Part shown: in pieces, positions 60,893-64,000 of the stretch
Layout of the letters: every line of letters begins with the position of its first letter
Position numbering within the stretch: position 1 is the stretch's first letter
NCBI GenBank assembly: GCA_964016885.1
Contig: OZ024745.1
Coordinates: 121,644,001-121,708,000, forward strand
Source: Eledone cirrhosa
Taxonomy: Eukaryota
Length of the DNA stretch: 64,000 nucleotides
Direction: 5' to 3'
The notes under the pieces: generated by a model
Seen by the model: the letters and a program-made list of their open reading frames with translations, nothing else
Told to the model about the DNA's origin: nothing
Databases searched by the model: none
Program-made: the position numbers and the translations under genes

Positions 60893-61528
60893 TTAACCCT
60901 TTCGTTACCATATTTCTAATGAAATGCACCGTATCTGGATTAATGAAAAAAAAAGTGGGAGGAGAAGACCCGCACACTCAATCACACACAACAACAAAGG
61001 CGCCTGGATTTGAATGTCTGGTATCTTGTTTGGGAGAACTCTCAGACAAGGTCCTTGCTACTGTGAAGACGTTAAGTGAGGAACTCGTTCTCAGGGTCTT
61101 CCATATCAGCAGTTCCAAATGCAAGCTCTGGATCCTCAATCGGCACGATGCTCCCTAGGTGTCAGGTGATGCCCGTAGGGGTGCTTGGTTATTCCAGTGT
61201 CTTAGTTTCGCCATCACCCGCAGCAATGCTGCGTGTGTGTTGGCGTGCCTAAAAAATTATCAGAGCGAGGCTCCAACGCCCTTTGTTGTAGTGTATGATT
61301 ACAGTCTTCTCGCCCTTTTTTCTGGATTAATTCATGCAGAATTTGGTTGAGATTTACTAAATTTATCGATTATTTCATTATCAAGATGGTATTTGTAACA
61401 TAACTTAAAAGGTTTTTATATCAAATTATGTTGGCAAATTTTAATTTAAAGAGAAACCCTTTAAAATGGGTCATTTTGTTTCATAGGACCTGAGTCAGTT
61501 TTGGGCAGGTTGGTATTAAACGGGTTAA
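60893..61528 (+). mobile_element. piggyBac-type MITE (family 2) carrying an inserted CRE-like fragment (about 60960-61320)
   Basis: TTAA|CCCTTTCG...AAACGGG|TTAA; internal GDARRGAWLFQCLSFAITRSNAA; tctggattaat on both sides of the insert. Confidence 0.6.
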
Positions 61529-61702
61529 ATCATGACTACATTGAGTAGTTGCCCGGTAGCCCCACCTATCGATGCTAATCTATCGATGCTAATCTATGTA
61601 TGCTGTGGATTGCTGTCAATGTATTGTGGTTGTGTATGTAGGGGTCTCAAGTACATTGTTTTGCTCGGGGAACTATAATCCTATTAAAACGGCTCTAACT
61701 AT

Positions 61703-62205
61703 AGAACCATCTGGGTTGTCCAGAAGTGACGGCAAAAGACCTTCCCCTGTGGGTCCGGTAGAGAGGCAGGTGCCTTGTCTGGGACGTCACTGTTAGTGAC
61801 TCTTTTGCTCTTTCCCACATCCTGGATGTTGCGGTTAGGACGAGAGCCACAGCTTCCGCAGCCGAGCGGAGTAAGACCCTCAAATACTCTGATCTGTCGG
61901 CCAGCTACATTTTTCAGCCTGTGGCTTTCAAGACGTTTGGGGGAGTCGGGCCGCTGACTACGAGGTTCCCCTCTTCACTGGCGGCTCGCCTAATAGAGGT
62001 AACAGGCGAATCTCGCGAGGGCGCTTGGTTGTTCCAGCGCATTAGCTTCGCCATCACCCGAGGCAACGCTGCGAGTGTGCTGGTTTGCTTAAAAAATCAT
62101 TTGAGGGGTTGTCCAGTACCCATCGCCGCTGTCTTTTGCTCTGGTCTTGACTCGGTTGTTCACCCCTTCCTTTATATTTTCTTTAATATTGTAACATGAA
62201 AAGAA
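61703..62205 (+). mobile_element. CRE-like LINE RLE 3' fragment, near-identical to 15688-16180
   Basis: Long stretches of nucleotide identity with the 15.7-kb copy. Confidence 0.85.
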
Positions 62206-63500
62206 TATATCTTTCTGAAAGAATCACGAGCAATTTATAATGTTATCTAAGCATTTGTAATGTTATTTATGAATATATTTAAAACATATTTGTTCTGTTA
62301 TTCTACTGTAAATTTATTTATATGCTCTGTATAATAAAAAGTACCCTTTTTTTAATAGAAAAAAAACAACAAAAAACTATATGCATTATATAACCACTAA
62401 TACTAGTAGTTATATATTGCTATATGTGGTACATACAGTCAACAATAATAGCCTACAGTTTACAAATATGTCTATATATAACGCAGGTACAACACCGATT
62501 TTCCGGCAACTGATGGTACAGTACGTCTTTCAAATCGGACATAATTATGAGTAGATACATGAATTTCATGCGACCAACCAGAGTGTTTTACTGGGTGAAC
62601 GCGGGTGTGCCATTTGCAACCAACTAAATGCCTAGACACCAACGGCTGAAATTCCGGTAAATTAAGGAAATTTATAGTCTATTTGTTTACATATGTACAG
62701 TCACCGGAAATAACATCTGTGAACTATACAGCTCCATCTATCTGGTAGCTAGCTACCTCACCGTGAAACAAACAACCCTTAAAATCCAGAAGAATAAAAC
62801 GCCTATGCAGCGGCTAAACATCAAACGATTATTTCTGTATAAATAGAGTGGTTCCAAACACTTTCACCAGTCGACTTTGGCAGAGTCAACCCGCGTATCG
62901 TTGTTCCTCTCTTCTGCCACACTTGTCACTCACACACGCCTTGTACCTTGTATCGTCGCTTCATGTGAAAATAAATAGCTGATCGAAACTACATCTCTCG
63001 CCTTGCTCGTCCTTTCAACCTGTGCTTTTGTCTGTTCATCCGTACCGTATGTGACAACAGTTCTTTTAAGGGCTATCTTCAGATACGATCAGACCGTATG
63101 CGATAACAGCCCTTTTAAGGGCTATTCTCGGATCTGATCAGAAGTAGTGACCAGACTGACTAACCACGTCACTACACATATATCTCTAGTTATGACATCC
63201 AAACACAATACAAGTATCAATGCGCTTGTACTATTACAATAGTGTAGCTAGGATGTAAGGAGAGTGTTTCCTCTCTCATAATGTGTTTTTTTTATTTTTA
63301 AAGCATGTATTTTTGTATATAAATAAGATTACAAATAATTAAAAAAGACAAAGAGAAGGGAAAGGAAAAGAAAAATCACCCATACAACAAAAGGCAGGCG
63401 AAAGGGGTGGATAAACGAACCGCTACCAGAGTAAAAGATAACAATATCGCGAGGAATGAATATACAAAGGTGTGTTGTAAAGGTTTCGTAGCGAAAAAAG

Positions 63501-63610
63501 TTAATTGTTTCTACTTTTGGCACAAGGCCAGCAATTACTTCAGCGCATTACAGGTGCTCTATTTTATCAACCCCGTAAGGATGAAAGGCAAAGTTAACCT
63601 CGGCGGGATC
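63501..63610 (-). mobile_element. SINE family A, truncated
   Basis: Family core. Confidence 0.75.
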
Positions 63611-63860
63611 TCCTAGGAACTTATCCTGAATTATTGTTGCGTGGCATGTTAGTCCAACAAAAAGGATAACCAAAGGTGTCAAAAACCTGGTGGTGTACCT
63701 CTACATACAAATATCAGTAAGTAATAACAGTGTACGATTTGCAACATTGTACGATGAACAACCACATTTCTGAAGTTTCTGCTCATTTATTAATGAACAA
63801 ACGTAACAACTGAGTGAATTACACTTCAGTTTACGTTACAAAATGTTCCTTTATCTAATA

Positions 63861-64000
63861 CTAGCATTAAAGCCCGGCGTTGCTCGGGGTCAGTAAGTTA
63901 CCAAAGTTAGGTTACACCACCCATTTTATGGCAGCACTTTTTTGTCTGCCAGGCACTGGGTGAATGAATTGCAGACCTGGACTGCCGAAGCAGGAGCTGC
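63861..64000 (-). mobile_element. Helitron 3' end (same family as 32076-33363), continuing beyond the window
   Basis: A|CTAG plus hairpin cccggcgttgctcggg; reverse complement of about 33235-33363. Confidence 0.85.

Overview
AT-rich, repeat-dense eukaryotic genomic DNA. The SINE, MITE and microsatellite content resembles a coleoid cephalopod (octopus-like); that assignment is an inference. Three host genes are supported. (1) The first coding exon of an EPHX4/ABHD7-like epoxide hydrolase on the minus strand, running off the left edge. (2) A complete six-exon GLMP (NCU-G1) gene, join(14589..14669,26870..27109,27901..28077,34393..34608,36088..36353,38768..38945), 385 aa. (3) An intact single-exon tektin-3/5-like ORF (57594..59243). 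The most unusual element is an intronless, frameshifted C-terminal fragment of a compact SAMHD1-like HD dNTPase (about 3049..3654). It abuts a truncated Helitron and lacks loops that human SAMHD1 has. The rest is a nested TE landscape: Helitrons (a Pif1-helicase remnant and non-autonomous copies), RTE, Tx1/L1 and CRE-like LINE fragments, a mariner relic, piggyBac-, hAT- and Tc1/mariner-type MITEs, more than 20 tRNA-derived SINE copies, and several minisatellites, some amplified from TE segments. No rRNA, tRNA or CRISPR array is supported. All family calls come from reading the sequence and recalled family motifs, with no database search, and repeat boundaries are approximate.
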